In this document: positions 11,890-25,024 of the stretch, piece by piece
Layout of the letters: each line of letters opens with the position of its first letter
Numbering within the stretch: the first letter of the stretch is position 1
Source of the DNA: Macrostomum hystrix
Lineage: Eukaryota; Animalia; Platyhelminthes
Direction of reading: 5' to 3'
NCBI GenBank assembly: GCA_950097015.1
Contig: CATNEN010000033.1
Location: 3,472,001 to 3,536,000, forward strand
DNA: 64,000 nucleotides
The notes under the pieces: generated by a model
Told to the model about the DNA's origin: nothing
Databases searched by the model: none
What the model saw: only the letters and a program-made list of their open reading frames with translations
Program-made: the position numbers and the translations under genes

Positions 11890-12480
11890 ACCCCACATCC
11901 AAATCCCACACACCGCAACCCTTATTCCACATCCAAATCCCACACACCACAACCCTTATTCCATATCCAAATCCCACACACCACAACCCTTATTCCACAT
12001 CCAAATCCCACACACCACAACCCTTATTACACATCTAAATCCCACACACCACAACCCTTATTCCACATCTAAATCCCACACACCACAACCCTTATTCCAC
12101 ATCCAAATCCCACACACCACAACCCTTATTCCACATCCAAATCCCACACACCACAACCCTTATTCCACATCTAAATCCCACACACCACAACCCTTATTCC
12201 ATATCCAAATCCCACACACCACAACCCTTATTCCACATCTAAATCCCACACACCACAACCCTTATTACACATCCAAATCCCACACACCACAACCCTTATT
12301 CCACATCCAAATCCCACACACTACAACCCTTATTCCACATTCGAATCCCACATACTACCAGCCCCAAATCCCACATACCACGAGCCCCAAATCCCACATA
12401 CCACGAGCCCCAAATCCCACATATCAGAACCCATGTCTCACTCTACATCCAAGACTTAAGAACACCTAAACCTCACAACC
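11890..12480. repeat. 34-bp minisatellite
   Basis: Unit CCACATCCAAATCCCACACACCACAACCCTTATT. Confidence 0.95.
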
Positions 12481-13549
12481 CATATCGCTATACCCCAATC
12501 CCGCACAGGCACACCAAAAAATATGACTTAGTCTAAGGCACGCCTTCTGTCCAATCAAATTCAATGCGGAGAGAAAATTGAAGCGAATAAAACTGGAACA
12601 GACGCAGTTCCATGAATGCTAAAAAACATGACATGCTTTATTTACACCCAAACTCGACCAGAATGGCATTAATAAGGCATTTAGCAAACAATAAACACCA
12701 TTAGTAGCAAAGAAAGTTGCACAGCAGGCGGGTTGGTTTTTGTCTGTGAAAAAAAAACTGACAGAAACTGGACAATGGCCTGCTTTTTCCATATGTTTCT
12801 CTGCTTTAGACTCAAAAACTCTGGACACAGAAAATGATAGACCAGTCGAGGCAGGGTGAAGCATAGAATTAAATATGCAGGCTTCGGGTTCCAGGTCTCA
12901 CAGTGCGGGCACCTCTTGTTAGCGACAGCGGCAAATCAAGTGCTAATGCTACAGGACCCCAAGCTGCGAGCCAACCGCCCCCTCCCCCCAGTTTCCTGCA
13001 GTCCCTCAATATTCATCAACTCATAAGAGCTAGTGTCCAAGCTTTTCAAAGCCTTTCAAAGCGCTTTGGTCACGAACCGGGGGTTTGGTGAGTTGCGCGG
13101 GTCAAGCCGCGAGATTAGGAGCCAGGCAGACATTGACACTTCTGCTGCACTCTCTGCTCTGAAGTGAATGCAGTCACGGATTTGAGCACAGTTGGATCTG
13201 TAATCTTATGCATGAAACTCCTAAGCTCATAGTCGTGACGTCTGCGTATCATTTGCTGCAGCAGCAGGACGAGGCAAATAAGAATCACAGTTTGACACTC
13301 ACTGTTGACTTACTTACTAATCAAAATTCAGTATCGTGAAATGAATTTGTTGATGATTTACAATTTCAGGTAATGACAGGGCAGCCAGCAAAGGGCAGGT
13401 TATAATTCACCTCAGGACTGTGCGCTATTGTTTGACCCTCTCGACTCCTGCTTAATTAACAGGTTGCCGGGTGGGAATTATGACATTTCATCTCACCTTC
13501 CCTGAGACGGTTGGAATGGAAATGGCTCAGTAACTGAGTTTGTTGGCGA

Positions 13550-13792
13550 ATGGATGAATGGATGGATTGATTGGTTGATGGTGGATGGATGGTGGATTGG
13601 TGGATTGTTGGATGGATGGATTGGTGGATCGGTGGATGGATGGACGGATGGGTGGATGGGTGGATGGGTGGATGGATTTGTGGATGGATGGATTAGTGGG
13701 TGGATGGATTTGTGGATGGATGGATTAGTGGGTGGATGGATTTGTGGATGGATGGATTAGTGGGTGGATGGATGGATGGGTGGATGGATGGC
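13550..13792. repeat. Degenerate (GGAT)n microsatellite
   Basis: GGAT/GGGT runs. Confidence 0.93.
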
Positions 13793-14139
13793 TAGTTTGC
13801 TTCTAATATATGACTAGGCCTATAAAGGTTAGTAGAATGTTGTTAAAAGGATGTTCGTACTGGGATAAACAAAATACAATCTTTGCACACACACACGATG
13901 TAACATAACACAATAATACACAATTGATAAAACCCGAAATACAGCAAGGGAGATTCGCGATTTACTTATCGCGGAAAAGTGGCCTTCAGATATTTTCCCC
14001 AACAAGCACGAGTTTTGCGTCCTGTCTAAGCACATTAGTCATCCTTGTGGGTAGGTTTGGTGGGTAGGTTTGGTGGGTAGATGAAATGGTATGATTGTAT
14101 TCTAGGAAAATTGTTAAGATACGTGTAAACACTCGATTG

Positions 14140-14205
14140 ATTGGATAAAAGTGAGTCGATGTAAAGTATTCTTGGCCAAGCCACAGTGGGGTGGGATTCA
14201 AATCA
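14140..14205 (-). mobile_element. Diverged fragment of the same SINE
   Basis: TGGATAAA...ATGTAAAGTATTCTTGGCCAAG...GGGATTCAAATC resembles the reverse complement of the B box and core of the 7804 copy. Confidence 0.5.
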
Positions 14206-15069
14206 AAGGGAAAAGGGAATCTGACTGAGCGACGTGACAGCTGAGGGACCTGAGAAAATTGTGTTTTATTTCAGAAATGCCTCGGCGCGGAGTCGTGCTG
14301 TCACAGCCCGTCCCTCGGGCTCTGTTCTGCATTAAACAAATTGCAGGAAGGACACGCCAGACAAATCCCAATTCACATTGTGAGAACCTTGTGAGCACAG
14401 ATTGTCGGACCTTGTCTCTCTTAGTCTATATGAAAACATCTGTGTGAGCAAGATGTAGTAGTGAGTAGAAAATGCAGATGAAAACATGCTAGGAATTAAG
14501 ACCGTACTACACCGATCTATATTAGTGACCGAACAACATCTACGAGGTGATTTCAGTCTCAACCAGCTGCTCTAACCCTGCAGCTGCATCTGATGTGCTC
14601 ATCAGAAAACAGAAAACAAAAATGATCACATTTTCCCAGCTCTAAATTTTCCGTTTTTTATTGTGTCACTAAGCGACGCGTTTGCAGGCAGATACTCACA
14701 AATATGAAAATCGAAGCAACAGAAGACGCTCACTTTGCGTGCTATTTGGATTGCTACTAAATTATTTGCTACCATGCACTGAGAAGATTTCAAACACAGA
14801 GTGGGAACACAGCTTTTAGATTAAAATCTCTGTGAGTTTCGGAACAGATTTGAATACGCTCGTAGTGGGAGTTGTGAGAATACGATAAAATAAACATTTT
14901 TTTGAGAGTGAAAACTCATGTTTACGAGATACAACAGACATATGAGAACTCGAGAATCGGATTTAGAGAAAAATACCTCTCTGCCGCACATCCAACAAAA
15001 TAGAAGCAGAAAATAGTAAACTAAATTTGCAGGCCTGTGGGTATTGACTCAAGATGTGTCGACAGTCGA

Positions 15070-15335
15070 CCCGCAGCCAAGGGACTTCGATCGAAACGGT
15101 GAGGGAGAATGAATGTACATTGAGGGTTACAGAAGCCCGCAGCCAAAGGACTTCGATCGAAACGGTGAGGGAGAATGAATGTACATTGAGGGTTACAGAA
15201 GCCCGCAGCCAAAGGACTTCGATCGAAACGGTGAGGGAGAATGAATGTACATTGAGGGTTACAGAAGCCCGCAGCCAAAGGACTTCGATCGAAACGGTGA
15301 GGGAGAATGAATGTACATTGAGGGTTACAGAAGCC
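15070..15335. repeat. 66-bp tandem repeat x4
   Basis: Unit CCCGCAGCCAAAGGACTTCGATCGAAACGGTGAGGGAGAATGAATGTACATTGAGGGTTACAGAAG. Confidence 0.95.
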
Positions 15336-15339
15336 TTAA

Positions 15340-15620
15340 GATTTACATGGGACAGACATGGAAAGTGTGCAGTCAAGGCTAGAGTTTTTTTTCTAGAATG
15401 TACATTATGGGCACGGTAGAAGAGATGACAAAGAAGGGAGGTTTGGAAAAACATAATGTACGTTACTAGGTTAGAGAGACATTTTTCGATGTGCATCCTG
15501 GCTAACAGAAGAAAGACTACGCTAATTCCCCGCTGGGTGAAGACCACGGGGATATTTTAAATAGCCTCTGCCTACTTCACAATAGCTCCCAAACCGAATG
15601 ACCGACTTTTAAGGAAAGAA
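15340..15620 (+). mobile_element. Decayed 3' end of a probable non-LTR retrotransposon
   Basis: 15501-15610 aligns with 54163-54265 (+) and 47090-47190 (-). The upstream frame reads KC..FFLECTLWAR, like the zinc-knuckle end of a LINE ORF2 (inference). Confidence 0.45.
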
Positions 15621-15733
15621 AAACATATGGATTTAAATTTTAAATTTAAATTAAAATCGGCAGAACAAGGAGCGTAAAATAGAGAGAACGAAGTCCATTT
15701 GTACTTTAACTTGTCGTCCATTAAAAATTATTT

Positions 15734-18733
15734 TTATCCTCGCAACGATTCGTGCGACTTCTGCGACGGTGACGGAGATGGAGTCCGCGTCCTTGACGGG
15801 CCGAAGGCGGCCGCTGGTGGCGGCAGCAGACAGAGCTCGTTCAGCTGACGGTTGTCCGTGTTCTTAGCGCCTCCGACACCGCCCCGGCCGCAGCAGCAGC
15901 AGCAGCAGCGCCACCACCACTGCGAGGCGAGGTCGGCCCGAAATCTGGCCGACGAAGCCGCGTACACAAAGAAGTTGAGCACGGAGTCCACCACCAGCAG
16001 GGTGTTGGTGAGGCTGTCCGGGTGGAACGGCAGCTGCTCGGGCAGGTCAGGATGGTACTGCAGCACCGTGGTGGATACGAAGGTGGGGATTTCGAAGATG
16101 CAGAACAGGATAGCCAGTCCGAGCACCATCTCGCTGGCCCTCTGCGAGCTCAGGATCTGGCGGTGCTCCCCGTCGGCCGCCTTGCAGCTGACGCTGGCTG
16201 CCGGAGCTGCGGCGTGCAGCGGCCGGCGGCAGCGGATGCGGACCCACATGATCACGGTGGGGAACGGGATAAGGACGGTGGGGATCAGCGACTGGAACAC
16301 GTAGATAGCCAGGGGAACTAGGCCGGTGACCAGCAGAGGACGCATGACAACGACTGTGTCTCCGGGGACCTGGAAGGTTGTCGGCGACTGTGCGTAACTA
16401 ACTAGTCTTCTGGCGTGTCACATCTGTCTACCTGTTCCTGGCTCCAGCTGCGAGTTTTCCTACCTTGAGCGGGCGCCCGGGCCCGCCAGCCATCAGGGCG
16501 TTCTGGATGTCCAGCAGCTCCTCCGAGTTGCTGCAGAGCACACCCTGATCGGCCAGGGCGGCGACTGCGGCGAGGGCGAAGGCGACGCCGATGATAATAC
16601 CGAATGCGATGGCGAGACGGCGACGATTGAAGATCAGGCAGCGGCGAGACGCGAGCGGCCGGGCCACGACCTGGGATTTTCGTTGATGAGGAAGTGGGAT
16701 TCCTACGTCAGAAAATTCACAAAATTCTTCAGAATTTACCTGTTGAAACTTCCACATGGTACCCATTACTTAAGCTTCCCATTCCCAAATTTTCCCATTC
16801 CTAAAGTTTCCCATTCCTAAAGTTTCCCATTCCCAAATTTTCCCATTCCTAAAGTTTCCCATTCCTAAAGTTTCCCATTCCTAAAGTTTCCCATTCCTAA
16901 CGTTTCCCATTGCTAAAGTTTTCCATTCCTAAAGTTTCCCATTCCTAAAGTTTCCCATTCCTAAAGTTTCCCATTCCAAAAGTTTCCCATTCCTAAAGTT
17001 TCCCATTCCTAAAGTTTCCCATTCCTAAAGTTTCCCATAGCTAACTGAGAATCCTCTCGCTATGGCTTGGGAAAACCAATCGATTTCTAGACTTGAATTC
17101 CTAAATTTTCATGCAACAGGCATGAGTTCCGTTTTCGAGAAAAAATAATCTAAGCCAAAAACCTGGTAATTAACCTCCGGTTCAGTCGAAAGTCTTTAGT
17201 CAAAATGAATCATTTTCTATCTCACGAAGGCCCCGCATCAATTGAAATTAGTCCCAGATTAATGTCGCATTTTCCATTTCCTGTTTCAAGCGCCATCGGT
17301 TTGTGTCAGCCGTGAATTTTTCTGGCCTCGCCCTGCCTGATAGCTCGCTGCTCAGTCGGTCATTTTTTTTAATCAGAGAGCAGGAACTGATTTTGGCTAG
17401 GCCACTGCGCGCCAGGGTTCCTAATCAACATGTGTTTCAGCAAACACAGGTATAGTAGCTGGGATGGTTTAACAATGTCAAGTGTGAGTTTTCGCTGTTC
17501 TGCTTCTCGTTTTTTGCTTGTCACGCTCCTAAAAGTGCAAATGGGAGCAAGTAAAAACAAAAATACGTCACAAGAAACGAAATTTGGAGCACCAGTCGCC
17601 AAATAAGACACCTGACAGATAAGGCCAGCTGTGAGTACTGAGACACCTGACAGATAAGGCCAGCTGTGAGCACTGAGACACCTGACAGATAAGGCCAGCT
17701 GTGAGTACTGAGACACCTGACAGATAAGGCCAGCTGTGAGCACTGAGACACCTGACAGATAAGGCCAGCTGTGAGCACTGAGACACCTGACAGATAAGGC
17801 CAGCTGTGAGCACTGAGACACCTGACAGATAAGGCCAGCTGTGAGCACTGAGACACCTGACAGATAAGGCCAGCTGTGAGCACTGAGACACCTGACAGAT
17901 AAGGCCAGCTGTGAGCACTGAGACACCTGACAGATAAGGCCAGCTGTGAGCACTGAGACACCTGACAGATAAGGCCAGCTGTGAGTACTGAGACACCTGA
18001 CAGATAAGGCCAGCTGTGAGCACTGAGACACCTGACAGATAAGGCCAGCTGTGAGCACTGAGACACCTGACAGATAAGGCCAGCTGTGAGCACTGAGACA
18101 CCTGACAGATAAGGCCAGCTGTGAGCACTGAGACACCTGCTCAGCTGTGAGCACTGAGACACCAGTTCAGCTGTGAGCACTGAGACACCTGCTCAGCTGT
18201 GAGCACTGAGACACCTGACAGATAAGGCCAGCTGTGAGCACTGAGACACCAGTTCAACTCAGGAAGGAAGGTACGTCTCAACTCACCTCGCACCTTGCCG
18301 CACTAATGAGCAGGAGGTTCCAGTTTCGAATGGACACCAGCGCATTGATGGCAACATGAATGCAGCTGGTGACAGCGAAGGCTGTCGGAGTGTGCCGGTG
18401 CTCAAAGTAGCTCCTGACAATGGCCGTCTCAGAGATCAGCGCCAGCTGCAGGCAGACTTCAGTGATGGAAATTGACAGCAGGGAGAAGCGCACCGCCATG
18501 TTGTCGAAGCGCTGCCTCACGAAGATGTACAGGGACAAGGAGTTGACTAGAAGGGCCACCAGCGAGATGGGCAAAATCACGAAGCTGTTGAACTGCTCGA
18601 CTCTGACGTAGCTGTGATCGTGCTGAGCCATGGTCTCATTCACTTCCGACTCTGTGCAGACGTCTCTGGTATAGAAGAGCATTGCCGAGAGCTGCTGCTG
18701 CTGCTGCTGCTGTGAATCAATGAGTTGGGTCAT
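15734..18733 (-). CDS. Class A (rhodopsin-like) GPCR, peptide-receptor type; exons 18287-18733, 16464-16670, 15734-16369
   Basis: Seven hydrophobic segments. TM1 LLVNSLSL, TM3 end LISAARCE|VVARPL, TM6 LFCIFEIP, TM7 DSVLNFFVYA. Both introns are phase-0 GT-AG. The start may be a downstream Met (MLFYTR). Confidence 0.88.
16775..17040. repeat. 16-bp minisatellite
   Basis: Unit CCCATTCCTAAAGTTT. Confidence 0.95.
17585..18260. repeat. 35-bp minisatellite in GPCR intron 1
   Basis: Unit GAGACACCTGACAGATAAGGCCAGCTGTGAGCACT. Confidence 0.97.
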
Positions 18734-18808
18734 TGGTTAAATTGGGTCATTGGTTGAGTTAGGTCATTGGTTGAGTTAGGTCATTGGTTGAGTTGGGTCA
18801 TTGGTTTA
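18721..18808 (-). repeat. 17-bp repeat x5, each unit carrying AACCAATG
   Basis: CATTGG at 18731, 18748, 18765, 18782 and 18799. Confidence 0.9.
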
Positions 18809-18809
18809 G

Positions 18810-20125
18810 CTATCTGGGATCAGAAGGTTAATCTAATATATTTGGGATCAGAATGTGATTCTAATCTATTTGGGATCAGAATGTGATTCCAATCTATTTC
18901 GGATTAGAAGTTGAATATAATCCATCTGGGATCAGAAGTTGAATATAATCCATCTGGGATCAGAAGGTGAATATAATCCATCTGGGATCAGAAGGTGAAT
19001 ATAATCCATCTGGGATCAGAAGGTGCATCTAGTCTATTTGGGATCAGAAGGTGATTCTAATCTATTTGGGATCAGAAGGTGATTCTAATCTATTTGGGAT
19101 CAGAAGGTGATTCTAATCTATTTGGGATCAGAATGTGATTCTAATCAATCTATATGGGATCAGAAGGTGAATCTAATCTATTTGGGATCAGAATGTGAAT
19201 CTAATCTGTTTGGGATCAGAATGTGAATCTAATCTGTTTGGGATCAGAATGTGAATCTAATCTGTTTGGGATCAGAAGTTCAATCTAATCTATTTGGTAT
19301 CAGAAGGTGAATATAATCCATCTGGGATCAGAATGTGAATCTAATCTATTTGGGATCAGAATGTGAATCTAATCTGTCTGGGATCAGAATGTGAATCTAA
19401 TCTGTTTGGGATCAGAAGTTGAATCTAATCTATTTGGTATCAGAAGTTGAATCTAATCTATTTGGGATCAGAATGTGAATCTAATCTGTTTGGGATCAGA
19501 AGTTGAATATAATCTATTTGGTATCAGAAGGTGAATATAATCCATCTGGGATCAGAATGTGAATCTAATCTGTTTGGGATCAGAAGTTGAATATAATCTA
19601 TTTGGTATCAGAAGGTGAATATAATCCATCTGGGATCAGAATGTGAATATAATCTGTTTGGGATCAGAAGGTGAATCTAATCTGTTTGGGATCAGAAGGT
19701 GAATCTAATCTGTCTGGGATCAAAATGTGAATCTAATCTGTTTGGGATCAGAATGTGAATCTAATCTGTTTGGGATCAGAAGTTGAATATAATCTATTTG
19801 GTATCAGAAGGTGAATATAATCCATCCGGGATCAGAATGTGAATCTAATCTATTTGGGATCAGAATGTGAATCTAATCTGTTTGGGATCAGAAGGTGAAT
19901 CTAATCTGTTTGGGATCAGAAGGTGAATCTAATCTATTTGGTATCAGAAGGTGAATATAATCCATCTGGGATCAGAATGTGAATCTAATCTGTTTGGGAT
20001 CAGAAGTTGAATCTAATCTATTTGGTATCAGAAGGTGAATATAATCCATCTGGGATCAGAATGTGAATCTAATCTGTTTGGGATCAGAATGTGAATCTAA
20101 TCTGTCTGGGATCAGAAGGTGAATC
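18810..20125. repeat. 28-bp minisatellite
   Basis: Unit GGGATCAGAATGTGAATCTAATCTGTTT with variants. Confidence 0.96.
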
Positions 20126-20789
20126 TATGTAGCATGAGGATCCAAGGAGTTGTCAGGATTCAGGCACAGAATTAGTTGGGGTTGTGACGTCAGAAAGTTC
20201 TAATGCTGTCTTGTAGTGTTTTGCATTGCAAATTTTACCCACACCGAACCTTTCATTAGCGGAAGGATGTTCCTATGAGATAGAACTGAATCAAACATGA
20301 ATTGACTCCAAGGTTCAGTTTTTGGCTATAAAATATGTGCAGCATAGTGCCCTTCGTGCATAATTTTTCATTAATTGGATCGCTAAAAGATCCTAGCGAT
20401 TTCACCAACCAGCCATGCAGCGAGAGAGTTCTGTCAGGCCGCCCTTCCGCGTCACTGATGACTGACTGATTCCATCAGAGCCTTCAGCTCTGCTCAAATT
20501 CAGCCTCATCTCCGATGCCTTCTCCGCCCCTCATTAGAAACCTGGGGCAGAGGCCCCCCGCCCACTGCTGCTGCCGGTCCTCTTAGGACACTGAGAACTA
20601 TTTCCACTTATGATGGAAATTAAGTCACGGAGAGTTAAGAGGACTTTGAGAGGCCAAACTATTTACTCGGAGTCAGAAGCGACTCAAGCTTCTATTGGCA
20701 GTTATAATCATTTTCCATCGAATTTTATTTGCCACCTGCTTTGATCAAGAAGAAAGGGCAGTTTTTGGTCTGCAATCTCACTGACAACA

Positions 20790-23635
20790 TATGGGTGAGA
20801 GGGGCAGGTCTACCTCCTGAAGGATATGGGTGAGAGGGGCAGATCTACCTCCTGAAGGATATGGGTGAGAGGGACAGGTCTACCTCCTGAAGGATATGGG
20901 TGAGAGGGACAGGTCCACCTCCTGAAGGATATGGGTGAGAGGGGCAGGTCTACCTCCTGAAGGATATGGGTGAGAGGGGCAGGTCTACCTCCTGAAGGAT
21001 ATGGGTGAGAGGGGCAGGTCTACCTCCTGAAGGATATGGGTGAGAGGGGCAGGTCTACCTCCTGAAGGATATGGGTGAGAGGGACAGGTCTACCTCCTGA
21101 AGGATATGGGTGAGAGGGACAGGTCCACCTCCTGAAGGATATGGGTGAGAGGGGCAGGTCTACCTCCTGAAGGATATGGGTGAGAGGGGCAGGTCTACCT
21201 CCTGAAGGATATGGGTGAGAGGGACAGGTCTACCTCCTGAAGGATATGGGTGAGAGGGACAGGTCTACCTCCTGAAGGATATGGGTGAGAGGGACAGGTC
21301 CACCTCCTGAATGATATGGGTGAGAGGGGCAGGTCTACCTCCTGAAGGATATGGGTGAGAGGGGCAGGTCTACCTCCTGAAGGATATGGGTGAGAGGGGC
21401 AGGTCTACCTCCTGAAGGATATGGGTGAGAGGGGCAGGTCTACCTCCTGAAGGATATGGGTGAGAGGGACAGGTCTACCTCCTGAAGGATATGGGTGAGA
21501 GGGGCAGGTCTACCTCCTGAAGGATATGGGTGAGAGGGACAGGTCTACCTCCTGAAGGATATGGGTGAGAGGGGCAGGTCTACCTTCTGAAGGATATGGG
21601 TGAGAGGGGCAGGTCCACCCCATGAAGGATATGGGTGAGAGGGGCAGGTCCACCCCATGAAGGATATGGGTGAGAGGGGCAGGTCCAACCCATGAAGGAT
21701 GTGGGTGAGAGGGGCAGGTCCACCCCATGAAGGATATGGGTGAGAGGGACAGGTCTACCTCCTGAAGGATATGGGTGAGAGGGGCAGGTCTACCTCCTGA
21801 AGGATATGGGTGAGAGGGACAGGTCTACCTCCTGATGGATATGGGTGAGAGGGGCAGGTCTACCTCCTGAAGGATATGGGTGAGAGGGGCAGGTCTACCT
21901 CCTGAAGGATATGGGTGAGAGGGACAGGTCTACCTCCTGAAGGATATGGGTGAGAGGGGCAGGTCTACCTCCTGAAGGATATGGGTGAGAGGGACAGGTC
22001 TACCTCCTGAAGGATATGGGTGAGAGGGGCAGGTCTACCTCCTGAAGGATATGGGTGAGAGGGGACAGGTCTACCTTCTGAAGGATATGGGTGAGAGGGG
22101 CAGGTCCACCCCATGAAGGATATGGGTGAGAGGGGCAGGTCCAACCCATGAAGGATGTGGGTGAGAGGGGCAGGTCCACCCCATGAAGGATATGGGTGAG
22201 AGGGACAGGTCTACCTCCTGAAGGATATGGGTGAGAGGGGCAGGTCTACCTCCTGAAGGATATGGGTGAGAGGGACAGGTCTACCTCCTGATGGATATGG
22301 GTGAGAGGGGCAGGTCTACCTCCTGAAGGATATGGGTGAGAGGGGCAGGTCTACCTCCTGAAGGATATGGGTGAGAGGGACAGGTCTACCTCCTGAAGGA
22401 TATGGGTGAGAGGGGCAGGTCTACCTCCTGAAGGATATGGGTGAGAGGGACAGGTCTACCTCCTGAAGGATATGGGTGAGAGGGGCAGGTCTACCTACTG
22501 AAGGATATGGGTGAGAGGGACAGGTCTACCTTCTGAAGGATATGGGTGAGAGGGGCAGGTCCACCCCATGAAGGATATGGGTGAGAGGGGCAGGTCCACC
22601 CCATGAAGGATATGGGTGAGAGGGGCAGGTCCAACCCATGAAGGATGTGGGTGAGAGGGGCAGGTCCACCCCATGAAGGATATGGGTGAGAGGGACAGGT
22701 CTACCTCCTGAAGGATATGGGTGAGAGGGGCAGGTCTACCTCCTGAAGGATATGGGTGAGAGGGACAGGTCTACCTCCTGATGGATATGGGTGAGAGGGG
22801 CAGGTCTACCTCCTGAAGGATATGGGTGAGAGGGGCAGGTCTACCTCCTGAAGGATATGGGTGAGAGGGACAGGTCTACCTCCTGAAGGATATGGGTGAG
22901 AGGGGCAGGTCTACCTCCTGAAGGATATGGGTGAGAGGGACAGGTCTACCTCCTGAAGGATATGGGTGAGAGGGGCAGGTCTACCTCCTGAAGGATATGG
23001 GTGAGAGGGACAGGTCTACCTTCTGAAGGATATGGGTGAGAGGGGCAGGTCCACCCCATGAAGGATATGGGTGAGAGGGGCAGGTCCAACCCATGAAGGA
23101 TGTGGGTGAGAGGGGCAGGTCCAACCCATGAAGGATATGGGTGAGAGGGACAGGTCCAACCCATGAAGGATGTGGGTGAGAGGGACAGGTCTACCTCCTG
23201 AAGGATATGGGTGAGAGGGACAGGTCTACCTCCTGATGGATATGGGTGAGAGGGGCAGGTCTACCTCCTGAAGGATATGGGTGAGAGGGACAGGTCTACC
23301 TCCTGAAGGATATGGGTGAGAGGGACAGGTCTACCTTCTGAAGGATATGGGTGAGAGGGGCAGGTCCACCCAATGAAGGATATGGGTGAGAGGGGCAGGT
23401 CCAACCCATGAAGGATATGGGTGAGAGGGGCAGGTCCACCCCATGGAGGATATGGGTGAGAGGGGCAGGTCCACCCCATGAAGGATGTGGGTGAGAGGGG
23501 CAGGTCTACCCCATGAAGGATGTGGGTGAGAGGGGCAGGTCCACCCCATGAAGGATATGGGTGAGAGGGGCAGGTACACCCCATGAAGGATATGGGTGAG
23601 AGGGGCAGGTCCACCCCATTAAGGAGATGGGTGAC
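20790..23635. repeat. 35-bp minisatellite, about 80 units, with recurrent variant blocks
   Basis: Unit ATGGGTGAGAGGGGCAGGTCTACCTCCTGAAGGAT. The CTACCTTCTG variant recurs at about 491, 455, 490 and 315 bp spacing. Confidence 0.97.
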
Positions 23636-23928
23636 TAAAATATTTCAAATTTCAAATGTTTGATTTTAAACTTACGCGTGTTTTGTTTCTAAAAAAAGTT
23701 CTTTAGCGATGTCAGCGATGTAGGATCTGTTACAATGATTGACCTGTCTTCTAGTTGCTGTTCAAGGTTCGCAAGAAGACACAACAGTCAGGCTTAAGTC
23801 CCGGCTGTAGCAGGGGGGGGGGTTGGGGGCAGCCAACCAATGGGAGTGAAGTGGGAAGCCGAGGCACAGCGCTCATGCTCGGCTGGGAAACATCTGAGAT
23901 GAGTAGAAATTCGTTGTGACAGTCTCAC

Positions 23929-24025
23929 CTATGAGAGCTCCGAATATAGAACTTGGAGACAGAACTCACAACCAGGCCCTCAAAGTCCGCACTAGTGTAG
24001 GCTGGCTGGCTGTCCGATAGATGCA
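23929..24025 (-). other. Isolated exon-like segment, parent gene unknown
   Basis: Bounded by CTGCCCCAG| and |GTGAGA. One frame is open (HLSDSQPAYTSADFEGLVVSSVSKFYIRSSH). Confidence 0.35.
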
Positions 24026-24404
24026 CTGGGGCAGATAGGAAATGCTGATGCACTAAATTGGAGAAGAACACAGATAAAACAGTTTCGTTCTTTGGATTTT
24101 TAATATATACCGAGTTATGTCTTTTAAATTGCATTTTTCATACTTCTAAAACTTGCTTTTAAACTCAGCTTTGAGTCGGAGCTTGAAGCTTTAGCTATGA
24201 AGGTCTTTAAACCGCCAAACAACTTAGTTGCTGAAATATTGATTAAGCACTGGCGCAATTGTCAGTCATTTCTTACTCTAGGAGCCTCAAGCAATGGCAG
24301 TGCGGACGATGGCTGAGCAGATTTCTAGGAAACAGTTTTGCAGTCCGACACCTGCGCTGGTTTAAAATCCATCAATCACTCAACTAATGAGCAATTACGA
24401 TTTC

Positions 24405-24565
24405 ATGAACTCAGACATGAACTCAGACATGAACTCAGACATGAACTCAGTCGTGAACTCAGTCATGAACTCAGTCGTGAACTCAGTCGTGAACTCAGTC
24501 ATGAACTCAGTCGTGAGCTCAGTCGTAAACTGAGTCATGAACTCAGTCATGAACTCAGTCATGAA
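24405..24565. repeat. 12-bp minisatellite
   Basis: Unit CATGAACTCAGT. Confidence 0.93.
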
Positions 24566-25024
24566 GTCAATCAGGAACTTAATCCACTAGCAATATCTAC
24601 TCGACTTCTCAGACACTTAGGCCTTCTTATTTATTTCCCAGAAAATGCAAAGATGTCTGTCACTGATGCAGATTAGCCACATTTGTCCTGTCAGGCCAGC
24701 TTTGGAGTCGATTAAAAAACGAATTCTAGAAAATTCTCAGCTTCTCGAAGAATGAGCGTCGCGAAAAGTTAAAACCCATTTGATGCCTGCTCGACTAGGA
24801 AATGAGAGGGATTAGCACAGAGGCCTCAGAATCCTCTTTTTTGCTGCTGATTTTTCTTGAATTGTCTTGAGATTTCCCCTGAGCCGGATTTTTAATCGGG
24901 GTTTGAGAAGCTAAAAGTGCACGATAGAAAACTATTTCACAAAAGGAAAAATGGCCAGTTTTCGCAATGAAGAATCTTTTGAATTTCAACCGAGTCTGAC
25001 TGGAAACTCAATTGAAATTCCCTC

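Noticed and set aside
20185-20192. CRE site TGACGTCA upstream of the GPCR
   Set aside because: A single 8-mer is expected by chance in 64 kb.
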